A DNA stretch of 62,620 nt, counting the filler, from Sphacelaria rigidula (lineage: Eukaryota): the NCBI GenBank assembly GCA_964200075.2. It is 6 parts of 6 records of this genome, joined end to end, with 100 filler letters (N's around TTAATTAATTAA, not from the genome) between each part and the next. Parts side by side here need not be neighbours in the genome. Positions count along the whole stretch, not along the records: positions 10,455 to 20,808 come from CAXNAA020006672.1; positions 20,909 to 31,262 come from CAXNAA020006673.1; 4 more parts are not named here. The stretch is one strand, 5' to 3'. Positions 10,811 through 23,380 of the stretch are shown piece after piece. A program made the translations under genes and the position numbers. Every line of letters starts with the position of its first letter. The stretch's first letter is position 1. The notes beneath the pieces are model-generated. The model had not been told where the DNA came from, did no database searches, and saw only the letters and a program-made list of their open reading frames with translations.

Positions 10811-13800
10811 CAAAAGGTCGCGGGACAAGACTTGGCCTACAACACCGCGTGCAGCTCATGCGCAAATATCAGCTTGTGCGACACTTGCGTGGTCAGTAAC
10901 CCCGACATCGTAGCTCTGTGCGAGACTCTCCTGAATCACACCACCAGTCCGGACGCGAATGGCACCCTAGCCTCGCTGAAATTGGAGGAAGGGTATTGGC
11001 GCGCATCTAACGCCAGCCAGAAGATTCTGCGGTGTTTTCATAAGGATGCTTGTCCAGGTAGAACGGCGGAGTCGTGTGGAGGGGTTTATTGCGAAGAGGG
11101 GTACTGCGCCACAGGCTATACAGGACCATGTGAGTGAGCTGTAGTGTGACTCTGGGAATCTGTTGTGGTCATTTGAGGAGTTGGGTTTGAGTAGGAACTA
11201 TCATCGGGAGACAGGACTAGCGCTTAGCATATGGCTCGACTCGCCTCAGAGTGAAGATCGTGGTGATGGTTGAGGAAGGAGTCACGAGTTGTTGTAGCGA
11301 CAGTACAACCAGAAGTACCTCCAACAGTAGTAGATAATAATGGCATCGATGAAGTGTCGGTGTCTGCGGTCGTACTCGAGCGAGAGGTAAATTTCGTGCC
11401 CACATGGTACGTCGTAAGTACCATTGACAATGCGGTCGGGCCTGGTGCCGCCGGGCTCTGCACTCATGACACCCGACGCGTTGTAGCTGCATACGTGTTT
11501 TTGTTCTTGCCACTCCCTGTATACCGTGTTTCCCAAGAACTGTGGGCCGCGGGTGTGAAACGTAATGCTTCCTGTTGTGGGAGCCACTGAAGTAGTCCTG
11601 GTTTTCGCCAAGACAGCCTTTAATTCCCCATGTTGTACCCATCGCCCATTCACCGTCCAGATTGCTCGGTGTGTGAGAAGGGTTACACCTGGGGGCAAGG
11701 ATACGCATGCGTCAAGTGTGGCGGGGGCTCGGCGCGCACGACAGAAGCTCTGGGAATCATTGCCGTGATAGCTCTGGTTATCGCGTTTGCCTGCGCGTGG
11801 CAGCACCTAACGTCACTGGCGCGACCAGACGCTGAGAGAAGCAAGTTGGGTTGGCAGGGGTGCATGTGGCGCATTTACAAGGCCATCCCTTTCGAAGCCA
11901 TCAGAATCATGATCGTCACGTGGCAGATCATCACCGAGGTAGTCTTGATTTCGTTGTTGCGCTGGTCATCTATAAGTATACTCCGTGGTGAAGAGGGAAC
12001 GTGACTTGACCGAACAACGAAAAATGGAAAATGACTTTCAATTTCGAATTGAGTCTCAACCCAAAAACCGCGCTCTCCCTCTACTGGCCTGAACCTAGTT
12101 TGCCCAATGAAGGTTTTTGTCGACGTTGTAATGCGTGAGAGGACCGCGTGCTTAGGGGACCGCGACGTAGTTCAAAATACCTCAGGATCGAGGTTTTTCA
12201 AGATCAATCGGGCCAGTCCCTGCAGGTACCACGCCCCTGCCCCTGCCCCTGCCCCTAACCCTAACCCTAACCATAACCATAGGGGTGTTCAAATTCCGAT
12301 GCGGTCCTCTGAGCACGCGGTCCTCTCACGCACTACAGACGCCTCCCCCCCTGATCTCGCGGAAGCTTCTTTAGCGCCTTTCGTTCACTCTATACGCTCA
12401 CAGCGCCGAGCGAAAGTGCTATTTCGCATTTTAAGGGAGTAGTGAACTAAACAAAATCCTCGCTCAGCGCTGTGGGCTCAGAGTCTATGGAAGGCGCTAA
12501 CAGCGCTCCCACGCGGTCGAACGGCATTTGGTTGACGAAAACGTTGTCGGAATTAATTCTCTTCAGGCTACGGGAAACAACTATTTGAACTTACTCATTT
12601 CAAGATTGGAGATAACTTTGCAAGTTTGGTTTTTACTTCACGGAAAGTGTTAGCTTTTCTATCGCAAAGCGGTAGCCTAGCTTTGCACCTCACATGTTTG
12701 AGTTACTGATTGATTAATTGATTGATTGTCGCACTTTAACTAACCCCCCAGGGGTCCAGCCGTGGTCTCATGATAAATGTACCAAAACAAAACGAAATTC
12801 AAACACGCTCTAAGGAAAAAGAACAAACTGATATCCCCAAACGAATGCCGTGTGATGGCGGCAGGGAGGGATCGAGTCTGGTTTGTCGCTGGAATACGTG
12901 TCACCCAGGGTATGTTGATGTATTTTGTCGAAGAGGGTTAATTGCTAGATTGCATACTCCGCCGGACAAACCATGAACTCTTCTATCATCCCCCATCAGA
13001 ACTAGTCGCTCCCCCTCCGTGTGATCTTGGCTCTTCGAACGCGTGTGAAGTTCTCCTCAGTTGTCAACGTGTCATTCCCGACACTCTACGAGGCCTTTCT
13101 CGGTGTGGTGAAAGTCTTCAATCTCGACGTAACGCGGATGATTTCGCTGGGATGCTACTTCGAGACAGTTGGATTTTACCACAGACTGCTGGCTACCACA
13201 ACCGTGCCCGTGATACTAGGCCTGTTGCTGCTGGTGACGTTCTGGTTTGCGCGGAAACGATACTGGAGTGATACGCAGGGCATGATGGAGGTGATACAGA
13301 TCAACGCGCAGACCCATATCGCGACCACGTACAAACGTCCGATCATGCATTCCGATTATGTTTATCTGCCATATATGTCTAGAGAGTTATACGGTTTGAA
13401 GCAAGGGAACGTCCAGAGCTCCATAGTCGCCTGCTCTGCTGTCCGCTATCGTTGAGAAATACACTTGTGCTAGCATCACACGCGGACTGGCTAGTCCCAC
13501 CCGACTCCATGTTTCCCTCAACGATCACCATGACGCGCTACCTTCCCTCAACCCCCCTCGTTTCTGCCCTTTCTCCCCGACTTGCGCTCAACTGACGGGT
13601 GTTCTATTTGTCCTAAGATTCGACGGAGACATCTGTCAGTTTTTATACTCATTACACTCTTGGTCTACTCGTCGGCATCATCCACCATCTTCCAGACCTT
13701 CGCTTGTGACTACCTTGACGACGGTCGGTACTACCTCAGGGCCGACTATCGTCTGCAGTGCCACTATACCAAGGGCACGACATACGGAGATGTCGATAAC

Positions 13801-14574
13801 ATTGTCCCGTTGCACCGGGCGTTCATGATTCACGCCGGACTGATGATCACAGTGTACCCCATTGGCATTCCCACCCTGTACGGGCTGCTGCTGTGGCGAG
13901 CTTGGCGACCCCCCCGCCGGGCGATTCATTCTTCGATGCATATCAGCAGCATGGCGCCTTGTCATCAACGATCGGGGGGGGAGGATTTTTGTCATCAGCT
14001 CGAGTCGAGTAACAGACCGTCGAGGATGCGGCTGGGCGAACGAGATCGCCCGCTGAAGCGAGCTCGAGCCGCATCGGTGCACCCATTGCCGAATAGACAG
14101 GGCGACACCGACGATACCTGCAACCCTCATGAGAACTACAAGTTGATGATGCGGGGTCTGTGGAAGCCATACAGGCAGAACCGGCTGTTCTACGAAGTGG
14201 TGGAGTGTGCACGCCGCGTGATGCTCACCGGCGTCGTAGTGTTCATCTATCCGGATAGCGCGGCTCAAATTAGCACGGCGCTTCTCTTGGCACTGTTTTT
14301 TTTCGCGCTGTCCGAGGCCCTCGACCCCTACGAGGACGTGAAGGACTGCTGGGTTTCCCGATTCGGGCACCTGATCGTGCTGCTGAGCATGCTCGTCGCT
14401 TTAATGTTGAAAGTAGACCTAAGCAAGGAGCCAGAGATCGGGATGCAAGTGTACGACGTGATTCTCATCACTTCTAATGCGTTGATGCTTATGGCTGTTC
14501 TCGGCGAGTCTGTGTGTCCCTTGTATTCTTCCGCCACAACTGCAGTCGACAGTCAGAGTGACTCTGACGACTAG
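10811..14574 (+). CDS. Cys-rich ectodomain plus multi-pass transmembrane protein; 5'-partial, exons 10811-11129, 11661-11938, 13051-13290, 13618-14574
   Basis: Phase-compatible GT-AG splicing (T|AT gives GP-Y-CSVC) yields ..LEEGYWRAS..C..C..YCATGYTGPYCSVCEKGY..C.KC-TM-..RIMIVTWQIITE|FSSVVNVSFPTLY..|..LVYSSASSTIFQTFACDYLDDGRYYLRADYRLQC..VYPIGIP..LWKPYRQNRLFYEVVECARRVMLTG.., ending TAG 14572-14574. By recall it resembles the expanded stramenopile family often auto-annotated as 'polymorphic outer membrane protein-like' with a TRP-like TM C-terminus. Confidence 0.85.
12230..12500. repeat. Intronic repeat with a (CCCTAA)3 telomere-like run and a ~130-bp inverted repeat
   Basis: (CCCTGC)n grades into CCCTAACCCTAACCCTAACC at ~12253-12272. 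Inverted arms TTAGCGCCTT..CAGCGCCGAGCGA / TCGCTCAGCGCTG..AAGGCGCTAA span 12371-12500. Confidence 0.6.
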
Positions 14575-16491
14575 GTACCTGAACACTTAGGTTCTACCTG
14601 TGGTGGGTTGTAGCCCACTACTCTCGTGTCAGATGGAACGTCTTGCTTTGCGTGTATCAGGGGGGGGGGAGGGTGTAAAATATTCAAAACGCTCTTGATC
14701 GTTTCACAAAGAGGTACCGCCGAAAAAGCGTACCCCACCACGTGATGTCGTCAAGGTCTAAACGTCCCTGTGCTCCACAGGGCCATGGATCACGCCCGCT
14801 GTGGGGTAGGAATAATGGCCAATCATAACTCCTGTGTATTTTTCTGGCAGATCAAAAACACTGACATCACTGTATTTTCGGTCTCTCATTGGCCGCGGTT
14901 AACGGCAGAAACGTGTCATGGACGTTCATGGGGAAATGATCGAGTATGGGCATGTAGAGGATTGATCCTCTCACGACGTTCACACATTGGTCGGTGCACC
15001 CCGGTGATAAACCGTGCACATTGCCACTGCCCCGGGAGGGTTACGGGGGCTTGAAAATCTCGACAGAGAGGTATATCCTTTTGTCTCCGTCACCCGAGAC
15101 AAGTATATTCGGCCAATGTCCACAAGCTCCGAGAGTTCTGATTCAATACTCGATCAGGGAGGTTTCGATTATGTTCGAAGCGAGCCGTATACCCAACATT
15201 TCATTAGACCGAAGAAACTAGGAGAGAAGGAGGAGAGTGTGCTCGTACCTGGCGGTAATCCTGCAAATAGGCTGCTAGACACCCGTGTTTTATGGTCAGC
15301 CAGAGGCGCTGCATAACACGGCATGGAGACGATTTGCTACTCAAGGCGAGAATCAGGGGAATCGTGAATAGGTTTGTGATACACCGAAATTCCGTTATAC
15401 TTCGCCCGTGACATCGGAGTTTGCAAATGCCATTTCCTCGGCCACGTTGAGCGACGTCATTGTTTTCGATATCCTAAGCGTCTTGGTGAACGCCATCAGA
15501 CCGACGGCGTTCAGTAACGCCACTTGTGGAAGGGTCAAAGGGTGTTTCAAATATTTGATATGCCTGGACTAGAGCCTTGTACCTGTTTACTGGTGCTGAT
15601 TCGTGTACAATGTCGGTAAGATTGAACTTGGGATGGATTAGGGGTACAGCACGAAAATAGACCAATCAGAAAGACGAGATTGTAGCATGACATATGTACA
15701 TCATACATCACGAGACATCCTCACCGTGGTCCTTGCTCTTGAGTAGGAGTTCACATGTAGTAGCCTGGAGGAGCGTTGCGTTCGATGGTGGTTTATATTT
15801 GATTGGTGACTCGAGAGTGCAAGAGTGAATGATACAAGAATATAACACCTGTTCCCCTACGTCGACACTCCGCTGCACAGGAGCTATCAAAATGCGCTAG
15901 CGATAACGATAGCTTCGTGGAGGCAATAATCAGAGGCGTTGAAAATACTTATTTGAGAATTGATTAGATGGGATACCAACGAAGCCCAAATAGCACAGCA
16001 ATGACGACGGTCCGGAGAAGGGGAGGGTGGGGGGTGAACCCCCCCCGATGACGGGTGTCATTATGTCATGCAGTGCTTGTCTTGATACACCTGGTATGCT
16101 TGTACGTATGGCTGTCCCTCGTGAGGCCGAAAGATGGAACCTTGCGATTCTTAGTTCTTTGGTTAGCGGTATTTGGGGCCTTGGGTCTCGCCCGTAGTTG
16201 GACCCTGTATTTATTCCTACTTGGCGTCGCGCGTCGAGTTGGAAAGCCGGGTGCCACCTCCTGAAGTCCGAATGGCCACCTGCGGCACCGGATCTTCTGA
16301 GGTTAGCTATATGTTCTCTCTTTCTTCTTTATAATGTATCCCTGGGTTGCTTGTATCGCGTTTTGTGAGTTTCAATCTGGGTCTATTTCGTTTTTTGTTT
16401 TTTTGCTAGCCTGTGACCACGGAAGGCGTCCGCATCAGATGCCCAGTACGAATGTACCGCGCAGATATCGGAACGGTTTTTCATGTGAAGA

Positions 16492-16525
16492 CAACGACGA
16501 CACCACCACCACCACCACCACCACC

Positions 16526-16579
<54 letters not shown>
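16492..16579. repeat. Compound (CAC)n(CAA)n microsatellite
   Basis: Seen directly. Confidence 0.95.
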
Positions 16580-16580
<1 letters not shown>

Positions 16581-16689
16581 GAAGTGAGTGCAGGCAAGAG
16601 GTGGCAGAGGGATGTTTGAGCAACGGCAACGCAAACAAAATGAGCAATGAGGAAACGTTGACGGAGGAATCACGGCTGAGGGAAGCGTG

Positions 16690-18942
16690 ATTGTCACGGT
16701 GTCGTGGGATGCTTGATGGGTGACGAGGCGAGCCTCCAGCTCAAGGAGGGTCGCGGAAGCCTTCTGCTCATTTTCCTGTAGGCCGGCGCGACGGCGAGCG
16801 AGGTCTCTCTCTGCCTGCGCGATCTCCGTAAGAGCCCGTTGCGCGGCTGTACGTGACGCTGTGGTCTTGGCACGCTGTCTCTCCAGGCATTTCAAGGTCT
16901 CTTCGTACTCATGGCGTAAAAGACGCTCCGCATTGGCGTTTGCGGTAGCGTCGTCAGCGGCAGACACCGAGGCGGGAGCGGTAGCGGGAGCAGTTGCGGC
17001 ACAAGCCGCGGCCGGGGCGGAAGCAGGGGCAGTGGCATCCACAGGGTTCGGAGACTTCGGAGCGAAGTTCAGCAACGCGCGTTCTGGTTCGTCGCGGTCA
17101 AAATAATCAAAAATCCACTGTGGGCAACGCACGGGGCAGCGCTCGGGCCCCAACTTGGGGCACGAAGATGTCGGTCCCGTCGTTTCAATGGGTGCCGAGG
17201 GGGTGGCGGAACGAGCTCCGGTACTGTCGGCGTCAGTGTCGTCCACTCGGCGAAGAGTGGCAGGAGCCGGTGTTGTCGGCGGCGCAGCGGCGTTGGTCGT
17301 GGCGGCAGAAGGGGTGGTCTTGGTATCAGAAGCCATGGCTGATAAAAAAGAGATGCGTTGTTGTAGATCTGCAAGTTGTTGTTTCATCAAATCCACGCAA
17401 ACAGCATCAGGAGGGGTGGTCGGACCTTGATTAGATCGGCGACGGAAACGGCTAGGAGCGTGCGTGGAATAGCTCGACGAGTCGGGGGAAGACTCGGCAA
17501 GAGAAGGGAACTCAGACTCGTACGCATCGAAAAATATCTTCGAAGCAGCAGCACCAACTGAAGGGTCTGGTCCAGAGGGGCGGCGACGGAAAGGGCGAGG
17601 TGAGTTCCGTTGGCCGGGTGGGCTGCGTGATGCGGCACCGGGGCTGGCAACAGTTGAGCGGCGTGGTGCGGCACCAGGGGTGGAAACTGTTGGACGGCGT
17701 GATGCGGCACTGGGGCTGGCAACAGTCGAGCGGCGTGGTGCGGCATGGGGGGTGGAAACAGTTCGGCGGCGGGATGCAGCACCGGGGCTGGAAACAGTCG
17801 AGCGGCGTGGTGCGGCCTGAGAGGTGGAAATAATGAAGTGATAAGGTGTCGGGGTTTTTTTCGGAAGAAGGGGGTCGAGAGACTGAGCGTCCGGATGCGA
17901 CCTGACTAGGTGCATCAAGGGTGACCGCGGTGGCGGCGGCAGGGGCGGCCGTAGAGCGCAGCAAGGTATTGCAAAGAACCTGCAGGGCAGCGGCCACGGT
18001 CATATTCGGAACAACCGTCGATGGTGGCGACAAGTCCGCATTGGATTGTGCCATAGCGGCCAAGACAGTGGACAGAACACTGGGTGTGGATGTAGCTGGC
18101 ATGGCAGCAGATGGTGAAGGGGCCGCCGACGAAGCGGCGGGGGCAGCAGTGCCGGTACGCGGAAATTCGGGCATGGGTAACACCTGCATGTCCGAACGGG
18201 GCAGATCTGAAGTCGAAAGTGTGTGCGCCTGGGTAGCGGTGGTGGCACCCAAACGCCGTTGGGTGGTAGGTTGTACGGGCGTGGAGTGGGCGCGAACGGG
18301 TAACACCTGCGTGGCGGAGTGAGGATGAGATTGGGTGAAGGCGGTAACGGAAGAGACAGCCGCGGGGTCCGCCTGTGTGGAGCCTGGAACAGCGGGTAAC
18401 ACCTGCGCTGCGGGTCGATGGAGGTGTGAACTCGTGGAAGGATGTGACGAGGAAGGCGCGGATTTCGCCGGAATGGTTGGTTCCGTAGCGGGTGACACCG
18501 GCGCTATGGAGTGAGGTGATGAAGCGGGGAGTCCAGGACGGGGTTCCGGTGTGGGGTGGGCGTCGGTGACGCGGGTGGAATCAGTAAGCTCAATCACTGT
18601 ATCCATGGGTAAAATGGATAATTTGGACACGGCGCGTGTCGGTGAAGGGTGCGCCAACGTGGTGGGGCCGGAAGGAGGTGAACCCGGATATGAAGGAGAA
18701 GGATTGGAATCCTCGTCAGGGTCAGAAGTGGAACTGAAAAGCGGTGGAGTAGATAGACGCAGAACAGACTGTTCATGTAATGCAAGTAAACGAGCTGCGG
18801 ATGCGGGTGGCTTCCGCAAAGCAGAGTCGGAATCATTCCCAGTGTCAACAAAAGTGGACAATGCTTTGACCTGACTGCGTGTAATGCGGGGCGAGAGCTT
18901 GCCCGCGCCGGGTGAAGACGTAGCAGAAATACGTTGCGACAT
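16690..18942 (-). pseudogene. Frameshifted, 3'-truncated gag-like ORF of an LTR retrotransposon (Ser/Pro/Ala/Thr-rich plus coiled coil)
   Basis: ORFs 17512..18942 and 16383..17918 overlap and fuse if one A is removed from the A7 run at ~17855-17861. The ORF lies downstream of an LTR/PBS-like structure and contains the coiled coil ERLLRHEYEETLKCLERQ..LELEARL. No protease, RT or integrase seen. Confidence 0.55.
17631..17816. repeat. 36-bp in-frame tandem repeat (~5 units) inside the gag-like ORF
   Basis: Unit TGCGGCACCGGGGCTGGCAACAGTTGAGCGGCGTGG, giving 12-aa units like STVASPGAASRR. Confidence 0.85.
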
Positions 18943-19875
18943 CTTAAATGTGTGCTAGCAACAGTAACTGCAACGTGAAAAGAAAAGAAAAAAAAGAGCG
19001 TAGAGCAAGAGCCAAAGCTAGGACGCAAGCCTGAGGATTTTGTTTTTTGTAACTTTTGTGACAAAAATATAAGGGGATAATATAATACCGCAGTAGAAGA
19101 CCACGAAACAACTTCACCCTCGAAAGGGGTACCAAGACAAGAAAACAGCAGCTCGTGATTTGCGAGAGCGTACTGTGCCGGGGAAAACAAGACGAGGGAG
19201 AGAATCGACAGTAATTCCAGGGGGGGGGGGTCTCCGTGAGAATTTCAGAAACTAGGGCAGATGCACACGAATACACCTACACCAAGAAAGCAGAACGAAA
19301 AACAGGAGAGCGAAAACGAATAGTAGAGGATGGGTTAACACGACTGCTGTATGCGGGGAAAAGAAAGGGAGTGGCAGCAAGGCTGACCAAACGGCAGCTA
19401 TGTACTGTATCGCCAGATGGGGTGAACGGGGGGGGGGGAAGAAACCAGGAGTAGATGAACGTCGGGCGAATGACCTGGGTGACTACGAGAGGTAGAAACA
19501 GATCTACAGTACGAAAGTCCAGGGGAACGCAAACATATCACAGAGTACAGCCAAAAAGAAAGAAAGCGTACGCTGGGAGAGATAAACGAACGCGATACAA
19601 GTGCCCAAAGAGAGAACGTCCAGGGGAAGGTCACAAGAGGGGTTGGAAGACGGGGTGGAAGGCAAAGGGCTGGAGGGGGATGGGGGGGCCCGTGCACAAA
19701 GGCGACTGATGAAACGAGACGCTGCCGGAAAAAGCAAAAACTGTACGAGAGCAAATGAAACAGAATCTGACAGTCCAACTGAGGGAACAAACACAAACGC
19801 AGGGAAAGCACAAGAAAACAAGAAAGCGAGGGTACAAGCAAGGTGAAAGGTATCAAAGCTAACCAAGCAGAAACT

Positions 19876-20290
19876 CCGAGTCAACGCCAAATGTCACGAT
19901 GTGATGGTACTTTAACCGAGGGGCACTCTCGATCTGGGTACAGAAATGCGTCCAGCACGGCACGTCAAACTCCTTGTCTGGGGCACCACTCGTGAGGAGT
20001 TCACGCACAAAAGGTTAATGTCTACTTGACTTAAGGCTCTTGTTGATAGAATGCTTTTTCTTCTTGCTCAATGCTCTTCCACGCTTGTGGCTCACCAATC
20101 GGACAATAGTCAGATGTTGATAGCTCCTGGGTGCTCGAAAACAGTGCCTAAGGGAGCGTTATGAACTGCTGCTCATACCCTTTTTGTAAGTGTACACACT
20201 ATATCTGACCCTCCGATCAGACCCGTCATCCATAATCCGAACATTGAAAACTCGATTCTGTACAGAAAACGTCAACCTTCACTGGTTACA
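19876..20290 (-). mobile_element. Putative 5' LTR (~19892-20290) and primer-binding site (19876-19889)
   Basis: Minus strand reads TGTAAC...CGTGACA, a 2-nt gap, then TGGCGTTGACTCGG (complement of a tRNA-like ..CGCCA end), followed by a ~0.9-kb leader and the gag-like ORF. The LTR 5' boundary is tentative because no second LTR is present. Confidence 0.6.
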
Positions 20291-20333
20291 CACCTGTACA
20301 CTTTTCTCATAGTTCTCAACCCGGAACCATTTT

Positions 20334-20808
20334 GTGCCAAATTTCCGCACGTTGTACAGACTGCAGAAGATGGATACCACTCACCGAAAACCGGGTCTCG
20401 CGTACAACAGGCTCACAAGCCAATTCGTGGCCGAGAAACAAAGCATCCGCAAGTCGTTCGAACGCCTGCTACTGCTCAACCATTCGCTGGAGAAGCAGAA
20501 AACGTCGCTCCAGGCTCTTCACCACGCGGGGACTTTTCCCAAAAGTCTCACGATTCAGCCCGCAACAAGTCGAGTTCGAGCAGAGTTACCCTATATAGAT
20601 GGAGGTAGAGCTTATGAACAAATGCTTGCTGATGTAGATGCAGCCAATGAGAAATTCAGGGAAACCTCAATTGGTGACCTTGGAAGAGAGGCCGCACTAG
20701 TGAGAAAGGAGATTTCCAAGTTGCTGTCAGCCGAAGAGATACAATGTCGTGTAGATACAGCTGTTGGCATATTCGGCTCGAAATGCCCTAGTGTTTATAG
20801 ACAATGGC
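20334..20808 (+). mobile_element. Intronless ORF cut by the contig end; possibly the N-terminus of a Penelope-like retroelement
   Basis: About 158 codons open to the linker. The helical segment LEKQKTSLQALHHAGTFPKSLTIQP recalls the PLE N-terminal L..C....PK.L motif. No RT motif is reached. Confidence 0.35.
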
Positions 20809-20908
20809 NNNNNNNNNNNNNNNNNNNNNNNNNNNNNNNNNNNNNNNNNNNNTTAATTAATTAANNNNNNNNNNNNNNNNNNNNNNNNNNNNNNNNNNNN
20901 NNNNNNNN
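20809..20908. other. Artificial contig linker
   Basis: N44-TTAATTAATTAA-N44. Confidence 0.98.
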
Positions 20909-21659
20909 GGGGAAAGCACTGTTTTAGGCTTGAGCCTCATCTCGAAGTTAAACCTCAATTCTCACAATTTGTTGTTAAAACGTACAACAGCTACAACAGC
21001 TACAACAGCTACAAGGGCTACAATACACACAGCCCAGAACAAACACCCACACCCACTTTCACGCCCACTCTTCGCGTCACGGAAACCCGCTCAGTATTGG
21101 AGTGAGGGTGGCTGCTTGCATGTCAATTGCTCCCGACAACGTGCCGATGTTGCTGACTCTGATGTGCGGCTGTTTTCGGGGCGCTTCTGGCCCAAGCTGC
21201 TGTTTCTCGCTGAATTCTGAACCCGTTTGACCATAGCAGAGCACGGCGTGTTGTGTTTCATGTCTTCATTGCATTGTGTGCCTCTGCGCTTACTACGTTT
21301 ATGTTCCCCTTCGACCAAAAAGATCGACGGTCCGCGCAAACAGATCATGTCCTGGTGTTGTTGGAAGGGAGGAAGGGGGGGGGGGGGGTTATCGGACCGA
21401 CAAATCACAGGTAAAACATATTTCTGAGGAAACAGACCTATTATTTTTCTGCCACGACAAGACACGGCCTCAACGAAATGAATAAACTGAGCCTCAAACC
21501 AAAATGGAAAAAAGAGAAATGTCAACATGCTCGGCAGCATGGTATCGTAACACCTCTTGGCTCACAAGAAAAAGATAATAAACAAGATGCAAATAGGCAC
21601 ACTGGCCAATGCTTTACAACACAAAAATATGCACCATGGCTTCGGAGTGCATACTTCAA

Positions 21660-23380
21660 CTTCATAACCTGACCACGGCGAGACACCCAGATGTTCGGTT
21701 CCGGTTCGAACCATTTCTCTGTCGGGGTCCGATTACTTGTTTTACATCATCCCTTGGAACCCTTCCTCTTTCTGGAGACGAGTACACAGTCTCACGAACC
21801 ACCTCTTCCCCGCCATCACAGCCGGTAAAATCAGGTATTCTAGTTGCGCCTATCGACTTCCCAACTCCCCACCGGTAGAGCTCGACTTCAAGTTGACACC
21901 CTTTGTATCCCGTGAAAAATATTGAGCGGGGGTCTGGCGTGGATCGCAAATGAGGATCCATTTGCGCGCTTCTGCAGGTTTCATCTGGCATAGTTTTATA
22001 GTTTTTGTTGGCCGCGTCGTACATAGATTCCTCCTCTTGCGTCGGGCAGGAGAAGATAGCTCAGCTTTCTCAAGATGGCTGGATGGTCGTATAAGAGATG
22101 GAATGATGACCTAACTGCGGGGGGACATGATCCTCACCTGGCCACGGTATGCTGCGAACGAAGCAACGATAACGGTCAGCAAAGCGGGTGCCCAGGCGGT
22201 CAAGCCTCCAGGATAACCCATCATGTCCAGCAGCCTGAAACGTATGAGACCAGGACATTCGGGAGACGACCGGGGGCAAACAGGGACACCATCCACGATA
22301 TTGTGTTGTCCCGTGAGGCGCTCTTCCCAGTGACGAAAAAAAAACTCGATATGATAATGAATTCCCAATCGTACAGTGGTGTTAGCAATTGGGGGCATCC
22401 CTTGCGGGACAGGGTTGACAGGTTGCCACTCCCTCCTCCCAAGCCCTGCGTCGTATCACAGTCGTGGGATCTCCGGTGTCCACGGGTGCGAAAGAACGCT
22501 GAATATACGAGAACGCTTTCGGTAAAGTACACGCACCGCGGTGCAGCGCAATCTATGACCGTAGTAGAGAAAGTATAGCGATATTTTGTGTATCATGGAC
22601 GAGACAATAGAAACGCTCAGGTGTTGTTGGTTTTGGCGCTGCTTACGGCAGAGGACACGGAAAGTAAGGGACGGCGCACGACACGAGAGCAGACAGAACG
22701 GCAACAGGAACAGCAGAAAGGCTTACAACGTCATCCCGCAACCTAGTACTCACCTGTCCAAACGCAGCTTACCTACACAGAGCGTACTGGATGCGGTGCG
22801 GTCGACATGGTATGCCGTTCCCGACACCCACGCTCATGCCCTCGCCCTATACTGTAGAACGGTACTCCGCAGCGGCATTTTTTCCAGCAAATTTCATACG
22901 GAGATCAACAGGTGCAGAGTGAGCCACATGCTCCGTGCAATTCCGATGGCCATCGTACCACAAGACGGGAACTCACATTTCATGGCATGCCAATGAGCCG
23001 ACAGCGGTGAAAAACACGGCCGGGAACACTCCCTGCGACATCCACTCCGGCTGGAGGGGTTCCATTTTGGTCTTGCTCTGCCACAGGTGCAAGATGGGTG
23101 CCCCCATGACATGCGATCAATTGGAGTATGTTACGCATGCGCGGTACAAAAGAGAAGGGTAGATTGGTCACCTGAATTGTACTGTATTGCCGAACGATAC
23201 CAACCGTACACCACCTACTGTGGGGACACTGGGGATAACGCCTCCAGGTGGCAACGATCTCTTCAAGCTCCATTTTCACCAAAACATGCGAGCAGCGGGT
23301 TTCCTTCAGAGTGCATCTCGAACAAATCCAAGTCGACCGCCCCTTGGAGGGGGGTTATAGTCGGCCATCAACGGTAGCTG
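21660..23380 (-). pseudogene. Heavily decayed DDE transposase, possibly Sola-like/DUF7869-type
   Basis: With several frameshifts allowed, the minus strand gives motif remnants in the expected order: LDLFEMHSEG, CG-EQDQN (cf. DNC.GQNKN), WMSQGVFPAVFF, ATTGGCATGCCATGAAATGTG (cf. IGHTHEDVD), then LYDWEF. Boundaries approximate. Confidence 0.35.

Noticed and set aside
13678..14370. 230-aa antisense ORF, and similar shadow ORFs at 44612-45570 and 55064-55873
   Set aside because: These are reverse-strand shadows of GC-rich real exons with no independent motifs.
17512..17830. Cys-rich repeat peptide (CRTTPLDCCQP..) suggesting a metallothionein-like domain
   Set aside because: Most likely an out-of-frame reading of the 36-bp tandem repeat after the frameshift.
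17850..17865. A-AAA-AAC heptamer as a programmed -1 frameshift site
   Set aside because: The long downstream ORF is in the +1 frame and the -1 frame closes at 17387, so a homopolymer indel is the simpler explanation.
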